Positions 9,801 through 18,804 of a stretch of DNA of 64,000 bases are shown piece by piece; the first letter of the stretch is position 1, and each line of letters begins with the position of its first letter. Source of the DNA: a virus; the IMG/VR virus record IMGVR_UViG_3300013004_000041, positions 1-64,000 of that record, one strand, 5' to 3'. The notes under the pieces are model-generated. The model saw only the letters and a list, made by a program, of their open reading frames with translations. It was not told the DNA's origin and did not search any database. Position numbers and translations under genes: made by a program.

Positions 9801-10147
9801 TCTGTCCATGCTATCTCATTTAATTTATTTAAATTTTCTAAGCCAACCTTGTTCTTGGCAAGAAGGATAATGTGGTTATACACCATGTCTAGTGGTGTAG
9901 TACGATCTTCTTTGTCTCTTTGGTCAAAGCGATCTTCACACATATACCCTTCTATGCCAAGAATAGGCTTAATACCACTTGCTTTAGCAACACGATACAT
10001 TTCTCTATGGCCAGAAAGGGAGCCATGGTCTGTAATTGATATTGCAGGCATACCCAACTTTTTAGCACGATCTACATATTCAGACGGCAACCCAATTCCG
10101 TCAAATAATGAAAAGTGAGTATGTAAGTGTAGTGGTACGTAATTCAT
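6869..10147 (-). CDS. dnaE: DNA polymerase III alpha subunit (family C)
   Basis: PHP HLHTHFS/TDHG, GRGSSAGS, PDIDTD, HAAGVV, YSFNKSH, C-terminal OB fold. Confidence 0.96.
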   Translation of the reverse strand: MNYVPLHLHTHFSLFDGIGLPSEYVDRAKKLGMPAISITDHGSLSGHREMYRVAKASGIKPILGIEGYMCEDRFDQRDKEDRTTPLDMVYNHIILLAKNKVGLENLNKLNEIAWTEGFYKKPRIDFEVLAKYKEGIIVSSACPSGIIAKSIELGELGMAKKYIKWFKETFGDDYYLEVMPHNDESINRTILLLADEFKIKPIVTPDCHHVDSSQKEIQELKLILNTYSNKIQKDATYEKSKKQGDLMKRLDYLYGADRQMSFNKFDIHLLSYEEIQAAMEKQAVYRTDIYENTIELANKIEDYEIQDGLNLLPVQYKDPDKELKSLAYLGLKEKGLDSNQEYIDRLEEELKVIKDKNFGPYFLVVQSMITWAKKEGIMVGPGRGSSAGSLLCYALNITDIDPIKHGLLFFRFINPERNDFPDIDTDIQDTRRDEVKDYLVRQYKHVASIATFLEFKDKGVVRDVARALNIPLVDVNKVLKLVDTWDEYCNSKTTREFREKYPEVEQYGEQLRGRIRGTGIHAAGVVTSKNPIFRYAPLETRNSPGSDERIPVVAVDMEEAEKIGLIKIDALGLKTLSVISDTVKVIKERDGIDIDLLGLDMSDEKVYQMLSDGYTKGVFQCEATPYTNLLVKMGVKNLSELSASNALVRPGAMNTIGKDYIERKHGREAVNYLHQVMKPITQDTYGCILYQEQVMQACVELGGMSWSEADKVRKIIGKKKDAREFDVFRDKFVDGASRFISPNQARDLWHDFEAHAGYSFNKSHAVAYSTLSYWTAWLKYYYPIEFMYSLLKNEKDKDARTEYLIEAKRMGISIKLPHINDSDIDFKIEGKGIRFGLSAIKFISDKIAERYISARPFKSYKELEEFTFTKGSGVNSRALQALRIIGAATFSDNPRNDNELRENLYEYLGLPEFIQTVPSHFHAFINPIEDFEEKGSFILMGMVKGIKRGKGWSRVEILDKTGSIGIFDEEQTTIEAGRSYIALCSDNRIVSAIPVDEIKNSDSALIKFLNYRMLPYKDDELFVVSFKPRITKAGKKMASLTLADTSRELHPVTVFPTAFAKAYMKIEEGHAYKFALGKTKDGTVILEDINVS

Positions 10148-10150
10148 CTA

Positions 10151-10810
10151 CTACCAGTCGATATTCGTCGCTGATGTAGTAGATGGAGAATCAAAGCCAA
10201 GATAGAACGCTTCTTGCTCTGCATACGGAACACGGCGCAATGCCTTCTCCAATTGGTAAGGCTCAATGCCATCCCAGTTAAACGGCTCCTTATCTGGAGC
10301 GGAAGGAATTAAAGTATAAGATGTTTCAGTTCCCTGTCCATTACGCTTTAACTTCCATGTAATATTTGAGATGCTTCCTGTTTCGAGGGCATACTCACGA
10401 ATTGTATTGAATGCTGATTGCTTGCTTACGCCCATTGACCAAATTGCAACATATGGCGCTTCAATTCCATCATCCACAAGTACATTACAATAGAAGCGAA
10501 GACGTCCACGCCATCCACTGTTACCCTTTGGATCCTTGCGATACATCTCCTCAGCCCAGTCACGGCCTTCTGTATCTAATGTATCTACTGCCTTACGCTT
10601 ATAGTCTTTAGGATTTGTATGCTCCTTAACAACAAGTGCAAGACCACGCTTTTCATTATAGTTTGCTGAATCTTCATCCAACTCTTCAACAAATCTAATC
10701 TTTACTGCTTGTCCATCTGCCAACTTTAACCAGCGAACCTTTGGACCAGTTTCATCAGTTTTCTTATCGAGCAGGGCATTAATGTTTTTGAGTCCCTTAA
10801 TAACGCTCAT
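10151..10810 (-). CDS. Single-stranded DNA-binding protein (gp32-like)
   Basis: KLKRNGQGTETSY motif, short acidic/aromatic tail (NIDW), position next to DnaE, strong AAGGAG RBS. Confidence 0.7.
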   Translation of the reverse strand: MSVIKGLKNINALLDKKTDETGPKVRWLKLADGQAVKIRFVEELDEDSANYNEKRGLALVVKEHTNPKDYKRKAVDTLDTEGRDWAEEMYRKDPKGNSGWRGRLRFYCNVLVDDGIEAPYVAIWSMGVSKQSAFNTIREYALETGSISNITWKLKRNGQGTETSYTLIPSAPDKEPFNWDGIEPYQLEKALRRVPYAEQEAFYLGFDSPSTTSATNIDW

Positions 10811-10850
10811 ATTTTCTCCTTTGTTAGTTATATATTAGTTTACCATATAG

Positions 10851-12344
10851 TTATTTAATTGTCCACTCGTCGTTCATAATCATATCAAAAAAATCTTTAC
10901 TCTTAATATAATTATCTAACTCTGAGTTTAATTTATTATCTATTCTTTTTAGTTCTTCAGAATAATCTTTTTCTTTTATTTCTTCTAATAGACGATCTCC
11001 ATTAAAGTCCATTCCAGTTGTTCCATAGTAAACCTTGTGTAGGTCATTTTTCCATGAATCCATATCCTCATGAGAGTATACAGGATTCTCTTTAATCTTG
11101 TCAAGGAACTTGATTAGATTATCTGAAATCTTATTGTCTTTCATATAGTCTCTCCAAAAAGGAAAGTCATCTCTATTTGTTATATAATGTATAGCAATAA
11201 AATCTCTACAATCTTCATAAAATTTGTGTACATGTTTATTAAAACTATCTACATCTTTTTGAGTATAATTTTCTAAGTCATAAGTTTCAATAATCTTATT
11301 TAACATTCTAATTGTTCCATGAATAGTAGTAGCCTCCATAGGCTCTAAGAATCCAGACGACAATCCTATAGCAATACAGTTATTAATCCAACTTTCTTTA
11401 TAGTGTCCCGCATTGAAATTAAACTTTTTAATAATCTGAACATCGCCATACTTTTCTTTTATTTCTTTTATTGCTTCTTCTTCTGTAATATATTTAGATG
11501 CATATAAATATCCAGCACCAGTTCTGTGTTGTACTGGAATATTAAATACCCACCCAGCATTCATTGCTATCAACTCTGTATATGGTGGCAATTCTTCCTT
11601 TACTGGAAGGGTAAATGCAAGTCCAGTATCTAATGGTAGATAGGGCTTATAATCAATCCATTCTGATTTAAAATGTTTTCCGATTACTAACCTTTGAAAT
11701 CCAGTACAGTCAATAAGAAAATCACAGTCTATTTCTGATTCATCTTCAAATATAACTTTATTAATGTTTCCGCTATCATCTGTATTAAAACCAGATACTA
11801 TGTTATCTATTATTTTTACTCCACGCTCTTCTGCCTTTTCTCCTAAAAATGCAGCAAGAAGTCTTGCATCAAAATGCCAAGCAACTGACATATGCCATAC
11901 AAATGCTGGATCCTTTATATATTTTGGATCTAACTTATCTCTTAAAAGCGGCAATCTATTGCTATATGCCTGTCTAGAATACATACTAAGTCTGTCAAGA
12001 TTTCCATCTTCTTTAACCGCTGTTGCTAAAACTTGTGGATATATAGAACTATCTTCATATGCAACTGGTGCAAGTCCCATAAAATATTCTGGATTATGCT
12101 TACTCCATCCAGTAAACTTTACGCCTGTTTTGATAGAAGACTTAGTTCTTTTTATAAATTCAAATGGATCTAATTCCATATATTCAAATGCATAATTTGA
12201 ATTTCCTACAGTTCCTTCGCCTGCACCTAAAATATCAAGTTTACTGCTGTTAACTACGGTAATATCAAAATGCGGATATCTTTTTTTAAGAAAGAGAGCA
12301 CTCATCCATCCAGCACTACCTCCGCCAATTATAGTTAATCTCAT
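10851..12344 (-). CDS. Tryptophan-halogenase-like flavin-dependent enzyme (PrnA/RebH family)
   Basis: GGGSAGW, GEGT, conserved Lys (SIKTG), HFDA, IDCTGF, WVFNIP, GFLEPME. Confidence 0.88.
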   Translation of the reverse strand: MRLTIIGGGSAGWMSALFLKKRYPHFDITVVNSSKLDILGAGEGTVGNSNYAFEYMELDPFEFIKRTKSSIKTGVKFTGWSKHNPEYFMGLAPVAYEDSSIYPQVLATAVKEDGNLDRLSMYSRQAYSNRLPLLRDKLDPKYIKDPAFVWHMSVAWHFDARLLAAFLGEKAEERGVKIIDNIVSGFNTDDSGNINKVIFEDESEIDCDFLIDCTGFQRLVIGKHFKSEWIDYKPYLPLDTGLAFTLPVKEELPPYTELIAMNAGWVFNIPVQHRTGAGYLYASKYITEEEAIKEIKEKYGDVQIIKKFNFNAGHYKESWINNCIAIGLSSGFLEPMEATTIHGTIRMLNKIIETYDLENYTQKDVDSFNKHVHKFYEDCRDFIAIHYITNRDDFPFWRDYMKDNKISDNLIKFLDKIKENPVYSHEDMDSWKNDLHKVYYGTTGMDFNGDRLLEEIKEKDYSEELKRIDNKLNSELDNYIKSKDFFDMIMNDEWTIK

Positions 12345-12643
12345 AATATCAACCCAAAGTATTTAGCAATAGAGGCAATTGCTAAGATAGACCATAATAT
12401 ATTAAACCAAATTAATGTTGGAATTGTCTTAATAGTAGATGACCATATAAGTCCTATGCTTGACACTAAAGCAAATATGTAAAACCACCAAACACTTATG
12501 TCAAACAGTAGTCCTGGAAGAATGATCATTGCTTTAGCAACAAAAGCAAAAAACTCCACAGTGTTAGCCCTAGTCCAATACTTTTTATGACCCATAGTTT
12601 TTAGGGCCTCATACCACTCCATGTGGGATCTCTTACTTGTCAT
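12341..12643 (-). CDS. Small multi-pass membrane protein
   Basis: About three hydrophobic segments in 100 aa; ATGA coupling on both sides. Confidence 0.7.
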   Translation of the reverse strand: MTSKRSHMEWYEALKTMGHKKYWTRANTVEFFAFVAKAMIILPGLLFDISVWWFYIFALVSSIGLIWSSTIKTIPTLIWFNILWSILAIASIAKYFGLIL

Positions 12644-13584
12644 ACTAGGATCTCCTTAATTTGATCTTGAAAATTTCTGTCTAGACTAATTATATCAGAG
12701 TCTTCCATATCCCCAATATCTTTATACTTGCTATCTATACTAACTATAGAAAGCATTCCTCCAAGTCTATCTATTAATCTGTCCTTCATCTTTTCCCCAG
12801 CCTCATCGTTATCGGCTATAAGAATAACATCACTAAAGTATTTCTTTAATAGTTCTATTTGTTTAGAAGATACGTTTGCACCCAATGTTGCCACTGCGGA
12901 TAGTCCAACCTGATCAAGCCTTATAGCATCGAATGATGATTCTACAACGTATACCCTACTTGCTGTTTTAACTTTATTCAAATTAAATAAGACTTTAGAC
13001 TTAGGAAGTCCTGGAGTATTTTTAAAATCTTTTCCTTCTATCGACCTTGCCACGAAGCCTACGCAAATACTATCGTGGTTATAAATTGGAATGGTAATCA
13101 TATTTTGATTTTCTGAATAACCTAACCTAAACTTAATAACAGATTCTTTTGTTATCTTTCTTTTTTTAAAATACTCTATGCTTTTTTCTGACGATAAGCC
13201 TTGAGTATTTAATCTAGAAATAATTGACTCGTCAAACTCTATAAACTCTTCTTTATCAACTAATTTAGAAACTATATCAGACACAATGTCTGTCTCAGTT
13301 TCCTTACTCTTAATGAATCTAATAGACTCAAAATATGTTCTGCCAGAAAAATGCATAACTAATTCTATTAAATCTGCCGTCTTGCTACAAGAAAAACAAA
13401 AGAACAGTCCTGTATATTTATTTATTTCTCCTGCTGGAGTTCTATGATTTGAGTGAAATGGACAAAATATAATATACTCTGAGTCTGCTTCTTTTTCTAC
13501 AGTTATGCCAGATCCTGCGAGTACTCGTTTGACCTGCTCTTGTGTGTATATATTGGCTTGTTGCCGTCTATCCCTACGATCCAC
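12640..13584 (-). CDS. dnaG: DNA primase (CHC2 zinc finger plus TOPRIM)
   Basis: CPFH...CFSC, VVESSFD, DNDEAG, KDIGD. Confidence 0.92.
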   Translation of the reverse strand: MDRRDRRQQANIYTQEQVKRVLAGSGITVEKEADSEYIIFCPFHSNHRTPAGEINKYTGLFFCFSCSKTADLIELVMHFSGRTYFESIRFIKSKETETDIVSDIVSKLVDKEEFIEFDESIISRLNTQGLSSEKSIEYFKKRKITKESVIKFRLGYSENQNMITIPIYNHDSICVGFVARSIEGKDFKNTPGLPKSKVLFNLNKVKTASRVYVVESSFDAIRLDQVGLSAVATLGANVSSKQIELLKKYFSDVILIADNDEAGEKMKDRLIDRLGGMLSIVSIDSKYKDIGDMEDSDIISLDRNFQDQIKEILV

Positions 13585-13829
13585 TCTATCTGCTTTCTTC
13601 CAACATAAATTCCATGTATTGTAAGTTCAAACTCAAAATATCTTTTCTTTTCATTATAGTCTATCGTAAAGTCTGGCTCAATGTCAAACCTTGGAACATA
13701 TCCAGAAAGTCGCATTTCAGAAACAATAAGGCGTATATACTCTGCCTTGAGTCTACCAATAGCAGATTCATCATGTATTACTCCGTCCAGGCCAAACTTT
13801 TTGATTGGCTTGTGATGATACCTTGTCAT
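13503..13829 (-). CDS. Hypothetical protein
   Basis: ORF between helicase and primase preceded by a -10 element; overlaps primase start by 82 nt. Confidence 0.6.
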   Translation of the reverse strand: MTRYHHKPIKKFGLDGVIHDESAIGRLKAEYIRLIVSEMRLSGYVPRFDIEPDFTIDYNEKKRYFEFELTIHGIYVGRKQIEWIVGIDGNKPIYTHKSRSNEYSQDLA

Positions 13830-13837
13830 GAAATATA

Positions 13838-15064
13838 TTATACCGACTTATCTTCATAATCCTTATATCTGTAGTATCCCTTGTCAAAATCTGCCTGTAC
13901 TAAAAATTCTCCCATAAATCCATTACGATTCTTACGAAATACACATTCAATAATATCGCTGTTATTTCCTCTACCCAAAGCCAATACCCAGTCTGCATCA
14001 TATGCTATCTGTCTAGACCATGCTGTCTGACCAAGGGTCGGCACGGTTTCTAGTTTAGTTACATCATCTGGAGTTGCAGATGAAATAGCAATAATCGGAA
14101 CCTCTTCTGAAATAGCCATTAACTTTAATTCACGAGAAAGATTTTTCATTCTAACTGTTTCATTATCAGACTTCTGGTTTGGTGACATAAGTTGTAAATA
14201 GTCAACAATAACAAAGTCTGGTTTGTACTGATCAATCTTTCCACGAAGAACTGAAGGGGTAATATCTCCACCAGTATCATTAGAAATAATATGAAACTCT
14301 GGTTTACCTTGAACAGTTTTTGTGTGCCAAGACTTAAGCATATCTAGTTCAATCTGACCAGCGCTAAGTTTGCGATGAGACCACAAGCCCTCTCCCATGA
14401 TAGCAAACACACGATTTCTAACTTCTGTTTCTGACATTTCAAGAGATATAATCATTGGGCTACGACCCTGCTTCCAAGCCTGAACAGCAAAGTACAAAGA
14501 AAGCCATGACTTGCCAATACCTGGGTATGCTAGAAATACTCCTAATTGTCCTGGCATAATTCCAGAAGGCAAATAGTTATCAAATCCTGGAAGACCTGTT
14601 TTAATACCAAGTGCTCCAGCCTCTTGTTGCTGTTTTAAATTTTCAAAATAAGCAACTGCAGAATCTAAATCTGTAACATCGATATCACGAATTGCTGCAG
14701 TATTTTTTCTAAGTTCAGATGTTTTAGATATTAAAGACTCTAAAGCCTCTACTCCAAGTCCGCCCTGAACGTCAATGGCTGTAGATCTTAAAATATCTTT
14801 TAGGCTATTTGTTAAATATTCAGCCTGAAGTTCTTCAAGGTGATGCTTTGTAGATCCGATATCTTTTACTGGTTCAAAATCTCTAAACTTTTCTACAACA
14901 AGAGATGTTGGTGGAACTGTGCCATTGTTCTCATAATAATTTCTAATAAATTGCCACAGGTCCACATGAGTTTTTAATATGTTATCTATGTTAGCCTGTA
15001 ATAGTACGTGAGCCTGCTTATCCTGTAATACAGCAGAGATTAGTCTTGACTCTGAATTACTCAC
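13838..15064 (-). CDS. dnaB: DnaB-like replicative helicase
   Basis: AYPGIGKS, SLEMS, VDYLQLM, YDADWV, KNRNG. Confidence 0.93.
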   Translation of the reverse strand: MSNSESRLISAVLQDKQAHVLLQANIDNILKTHVDLWQFIRNYYENNGTVPPTSLVVEKFRDFEPVKDIGSTKHHLEELQAEYLTNSLKDILRSTAIDVQGGLGVEALESLISKTSELRKNTAAIRDIDVTDLDSAVAYFENLKQQQEAGALGIKTGLPGFDNYLPSGIMPGQLGVFLAYPGIGKSWLSLYFAVQAWKQGRSPMIISLEMSETEVRNRVFAIMGEGLWSHRKLSAGQIELDMLKSWHTKTVQGKPEFHIISNDTGGDITPSVLRGKIDQYKPDFVIVDYLQLMSPNQKSDNETVRMKNLSRELKLMAISEEVPIIAISSATPDDVTKLETVPTLGQTAWSRQIAYDADWVLALGRGNNSDIIECVFRKNRNGFMGEFLVQADFDKGYYRYKDYEDKSV

Positions 15065-15365
15065 CTAACCACTCCTTAGCCAACTTCCTACGCTCTTCTC
15101 TGTCTTTTAAATCTTTTTCTTGTTCTTGCTTTGCTTTAAGTATATCATGTGCAACATACGCAAAATGATTCCATGTTGGATTTTCTGTTACCTCAAAATA
15201 ATATTCTAGCAACTCATAACAAACGTCCATGCCATAGGACTCAATTAAAGCATCAGCAGACCACTGTTCAATCCACTTATTGTATTGTGGCTTCTGTTCT
15301 AGTTTAAACTTATAGTGTTTATCAAACCTGCTTAACAGAGCCAATCGCTTCTGTTTATCAGTCAC
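15057..15365 (-). CDS. Hypothetical protein (possible helicase loader by position)
   Basis: ORF overlapping the dnaB start. Confidence 0.6.
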   Translation of the reverse strand: MTDKQKRLALLSRFDKHYKFKLEQKPQYNKWIEQWSADALIESYGMDVCYELLEYYFEVTENPTWNHFAYVAHDILKAKQEQEKDLKDREERRKLAKEWLGE

Positions 15366-15366
15366 A

Positions 15367-15573
15367 CTATTCAGTTTCTTCTAGTTCTATCTTTGCTTCT
15401 GTAATTTTTGCTGTTAATTTATCTTCAACGAATTTATATACACGCTCAAAGGCTTGATCTGTATTTTCTCCGTCACGCTTAGAATCTACAATACCAAGAT
15501 CTAATCTTAGTGATTGAAAGTTTCCAAGGTTTAATGTGTATCCAAGTGTTACTGATACCTTTGTGTCTTCCAT
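15367..15573 (-). CDS. Conserved-looking small phage protein
   Basis: GYTLNLGNFQSLRLD pattern; RBS present. Confidence 0.7.
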   Translation of the reverse strand: MEDTKVSVTLGYTLNLGNFQSLRLDLGIVDSKRDGENTDQAFERVYKFVEDKLTAKITEAKIELEETE

Positions 15574-15587
15574 TTCATACCCTTCTA

Positions 15588-16130
15588 TTATATTGATTCA
15601 GACCAAATAGGTATAAATCTACCGTCTTCGGTTCTCGTATATGTAAGTATACCATCGCCCATTCTTCGTGTCAACTCTGCTTTTGTAGGCGTAATATCAT
15701 TTGTTATTAAATTATCTTTTCTTGGTCTTCCTATATGATATGATGCAAGTATATCACGTATCTCTTTTACTTGCGATTCAGAATAATACGACCTTACCTG
15801 CCAACCTCTTGCACCACCCTTTTGTGATCCAGTTGGAAAAGGTATGACTCCACGCTTCATTAATGATGGCATATATTTTTTATGACGATTAACTAAATCT
15901 GCAGTTTCTCCTACAGTATATGCTCTTTCTCTTTTGTTTTTAAAATCATTAACTAAACAACTTTCAATTCTATCCTTATTAATATTATAAACAGACATAA
16001 TGCCATTAGATCTGTTATAGTGCATGACTCTTACTAAGTCACCGTTTAAGAACCAGACTTTTTTATTGCCAGGAATTACAGGGGCGACATTGTAATCTTC
16101 GCTCGTTCTATTTCCTTTTTTAACAGCCAT
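15588..16130 (-). CDS. MerR-like HTH DNA-binding protein
   Basis: YTVGETADLVNR...GVIP...RSYYSESQV; start taken at MAVKKG. Confidence 0.65.
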   Translation of the reverse strand: MAVKKGNRTSEDYNVAPVIPGNKKVWFLNGDLVRVMHYNRSNGIMSVYNINKDRIESCLVNDFKNKRERAYTVGETADLVNRHKKYMPSLMKRGVIPFPTGSQKGGARGWQVRSYYSESQVKEIRDILASYHIGRPRKDNLITNDITPTKAELTRRMGDGILTYTRTEDGRFIPIWSESI

Positions 16131-16267
16131 CTTCCGTCCTCTGATTCTGATGGCGGATGAAAGAATTTTCTTGATCCGCAGAATAAACAAAAAATTTCTA
16201 GATGAGATAAAGAATTAAAAATTCTATCTATCATCATATTTCTAGAACATTTTTTGCACTTAATCAT
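16076..16267 (-). CDS. Zinc-ribbon protein
   Basis: CKKC...CLFCG. Confidence 0.65.
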   Translation of the reverse strand: MIKCKKCSRNMMIDRIFNSLSHLEIFCLFCGSRKFFHPPSESEDGRWLLKKEIERAKITMSPL

Positions 16268-16707
16268 TAATTAGGAATACCCACAATAATTAAATTAACA
16301 CCGACTGATACATCTCCGTTTACGTTAAAATTAACTACCCCGTCTACTCTTGATGTTGTTACAGACTTTATAACTACGCTTATATTTTTACCAGCATCAG
16401 TTCCACCAATATTGACTGGACTTGCTGTAACTATTGGCGGGTATTTAAATTCTGGTTTAAATGGATAAGAGAAATCTTTTTGACCGCCTACGCTCTGGCT
16501 TCCCTTAAATACGTCTGTATATCCTGCAATAACTCTTGTTTCAGAAATCTTGGCGCTTTGTGAAGAAAAGTTTGGAACGTCAACCGTTACATACTTATAG
16601 ATTGCTGGAGATATTTGAACTGATAAATCGTTAACTGCTTTTACAATTTCATTAATGTAAGAAACATCAATTGGTTGTCCTGGTTCTGGTGTTGGTATTT
16701 TTGCCAT
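16267..16707 (-). CDS. Minor tail/virion protein
   Basis: Beta-rich FKYPPIVTAS domain at end of tail module; GGAGG RBS. Confidence 0.55.
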   Translation of the reverse strand: MAKIPTPEPGQPIDVSYINEIVKAVNDLSVQISPAIYKYVTVDVPNFSSQSAKISETRVIAGYTDVFKGSQSVGGQKDFSYPFKPEFKYPPIVTASPVNIGGTDAGKNISVVIKSVTTSRVDGVVNFNVNGDVSVGVNLIIVGIPN

Positions 16708-16723
16708 ATTTCCTCCTGTCTAA

Positions 16724-17164
16724 TTATATCAGACTGCCCTCATTTTCAAAAAGTATGGCATCTGCAAATCTTTCTAATGGAATAGTTTTAGGCTGTACTG
16801 CAATATGAATATAATCTTTTTCTGGCCCGTATACTATAGAATAATTTGGCTGGGTTGTTTTAGTATAATATTGCCACCCAGAATTATTCCATTTAATATA
16901 AATAAAATACTCTTCAATATTTTCCTGTGGCTCCCAGGCTAAATTGATAACTCTATTAGCAGTATCAATAACCAGACTATTTAATATTTCACTTGGAGTG
17001 TCCTCTGCAATTATCTTATAAACTGGAGACCAATGAGAAGTTCTATTTTTATCTTCAGATATAAATCTATAGCGCAAAATGTATTGTCTATTTTCACCGA
17101 AAAACCCTGGCAACTTTGACTTTGGTATAATTATTTTTTTTATACCCTGATCTGGATTTGCCAT
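16724..17164 (-). CDS. Minor tail protein (FN3-like)
   Basis: YILRYR...RTSHWSP, INLAW; tail-module position. Confidence 0.55.
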   Translation of the reverse strand: MANPDQGIKKIIIPKSKLPGFFGENRQYILRYRFISEDKNRTSHWSPVYKIIAEDTPSEILNSLVIDTANRVINLAWEPQENIEEYFIYIKWNNSGWQYYTKTTQPNYSIVYGPEKDYIHIAVQPKTIPLERFADAILFENEGSLI

Positions 17165-18312
17165 TATTGTACATCCATTGCAAATCTAAACTCAATATAG
17201 TTAGTTGTATTTGCTGCCTTTACTATAGTCTCTGCATTGTTATTTTTAATAACCGTATAACCAGTCATTCCATAAACTGGATTTACTGTAGAAATATTTT
17301 CAAATCTAATAGCGTCAAGCCCTACATAAAAATCAGAAGAAGGGATGCTATTTTTTAACACTGTTGTATATATTTTTACAATACTAACATTGTTCCATGT
17401 GAAACCTATACTTTTGTGTAACTCTTGTAACTCTTTTGTGATAACATAATATCTATTGGCTGAAAAATCATAATCCTCTGATGACATAATAACTTCAAAC
17501 CTTGCCCACTGACCTGATCCAGATGTATCAGTTTCTGCAAACTCAAGAATAATTCTAACCTCTTCTGGAATTATTGATGGATCTGGGTCTTTGTTAATAA
17601 TGCTAAACCCTAACTTTATCTGATCTGTTGGGGCATTCTTATTAAAATCTAATGCAGTACCAAGTAAGTGCATGTGCTCAGATCCAGAATCAATAGACAA
17701 ATGATCTCCAGACATTCCTAAATTAGAAACGTCTCCACGCATCATAACTATATTATTGTAAAATCTTGCACGTTCATATCTACTTAATCTATCTGAGTTA
17801 GTGAATGTTATATTGTCGGAGTTTGTTTGAAATACTTTTGCTACAAATGTTTGATCTCCGATTGTTTGATTAAAATCATTAATTATATTATCGTTATCTG
17901 AATCGTCTAAAGGAGAATATTTTACATCTAATGCACCAGCACCAAGTTCTCTATGATACTCCCAGTTTTCATTTACAGTAAAAGCAAAAAGAGATCTACT
18001 GTCATATGCCCCAGCAGATGGGTTAGCACCAGCGGAATATACACCAACTTCTGATATTTCATATCTTTCGTCTGTTGGTAATTCTGCTGTTAAAACTATC
18101 TTATTAATGCCATCTTCATTTACATATCCACGGGATGTGATTGGCACTCTAAACATTTCAAAATCTAAAGACTGCCTATCGCTATAGTCCCCAAAAGACT
18201 GATTGGTCGCTATTGGCTTGGCACCGCAGCCTATGGCTATGTATGAGGCATACGCTGGGGTTTGCCCTATAAGATATTTGGCAAGAATGCCTTTTCCTGT
18301 GTTAGTTATCAT
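17164..18312 (-). CDS. Minor tail protein
   Basis: MITNTGK..YIAIG, ISEVGVYS pattern typical of tail/baseplate proteins. Confidence 0.65.
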   Translation of the reverse strand: MITNTGKGILAKYLIGQTPAYASYIAIGCGAKPIATNQSFGDYSDRQSLDFEMFRVPITSRGYVNEDGINKIVLTAELPTDERYEISEVGVYSAGANPSAGAYDSRSLFAFTVNENWEYHRELGAGALDVKYSPLDDSDNDNIINDFNQTIGDQTFVAKVFQTNSDNITFTNSDRLSRYERARFYNNIVMMRGDVSNLGMSGDHLSIDSGSEHMHLLGTALDFNKNAPTDQIKLGFSIINKDPDPSIIPEEVRIILEFAETDTSGSGQWARFEVIMSSEDYDFSANRYYVITKELQELHKSIGFTWNNVSIVKIYTTVLKNSIPSSDFYVGLDAIRFENISTVNPVYGMTGYTVIKNNNAETIVKAANTTNYIEFRFAMDVQ

Positions 18313-18803
18313 AATGTCACCCCATATATTGTATCATCTAATACTGTCCCGTCAGAAATAATAGAAACCTCTACTTGCTCATCTGGAGCCATATTGATTA
18401 CATTAATGACCAGGTTTCCATCTTCGTCTAAGTATACTGTCTGACAATTTGGACCAGTACCGCAGTTAGGAACCTTGCTTAAAAAGTTTATAGGAAACTT
18501 TCTAAAATAATTAATATCTATATCTTGCAATGCTAAAATGTTTTGTGGGTTATATTGAAAGTATAGGTTGGTTAAATTTTTAATTGGTTGATAAACTACG
18601 TTTTGTCCATTTACCAAATCTGATCGCAATATGTTAATAAGTTCTTGACCACCAATATTTTCAAATATAAGGTCAGTCATTATTTCTATTGGCATTGTTT
18701 CATCGTCAAATAAGATAATGTCAGTAGTGGCAACCTTTACATCGCTTGTATTATCTGATGCAGGTTTCTGCGGATTGTCTGGTGTACTATTTAATGTTGA
18801 CAT
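18309..18803 (-). CDS. Minor tail protein (hypothetical)
   Basis: Tail-module position, coupled overlap. Confidence 0.55.
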   Translation of the reverse strand: MSTLNSTPDNPQKPASDNTSDVKVATTDIILFDDETMPIEIMTDLIFENIGGQELINILRSDLVNGQNVVYQPIKNLTNLYFQYNPQNILALQDIDINYFRKFPINFLSKVPNCGTGPNCQTVYLDEDGNLVINVINMAPDEQVEVSIISDGTVLDDTIYGVTL

Positions 18804-18804
18804 T

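Noticed and set aside
6869-10147. Intein or intron in DnaE (also checked RecA, DnaB, NrdJ, TerL)
   Set aside because: Lengths and motif spacing are normal; no Hint or homing-endonuclease insertions seen.
12341-12643. Holin
   Set aside because: Membrane topology fits, but it lies in the replication operon with no adjacent endolysin; unsupported.
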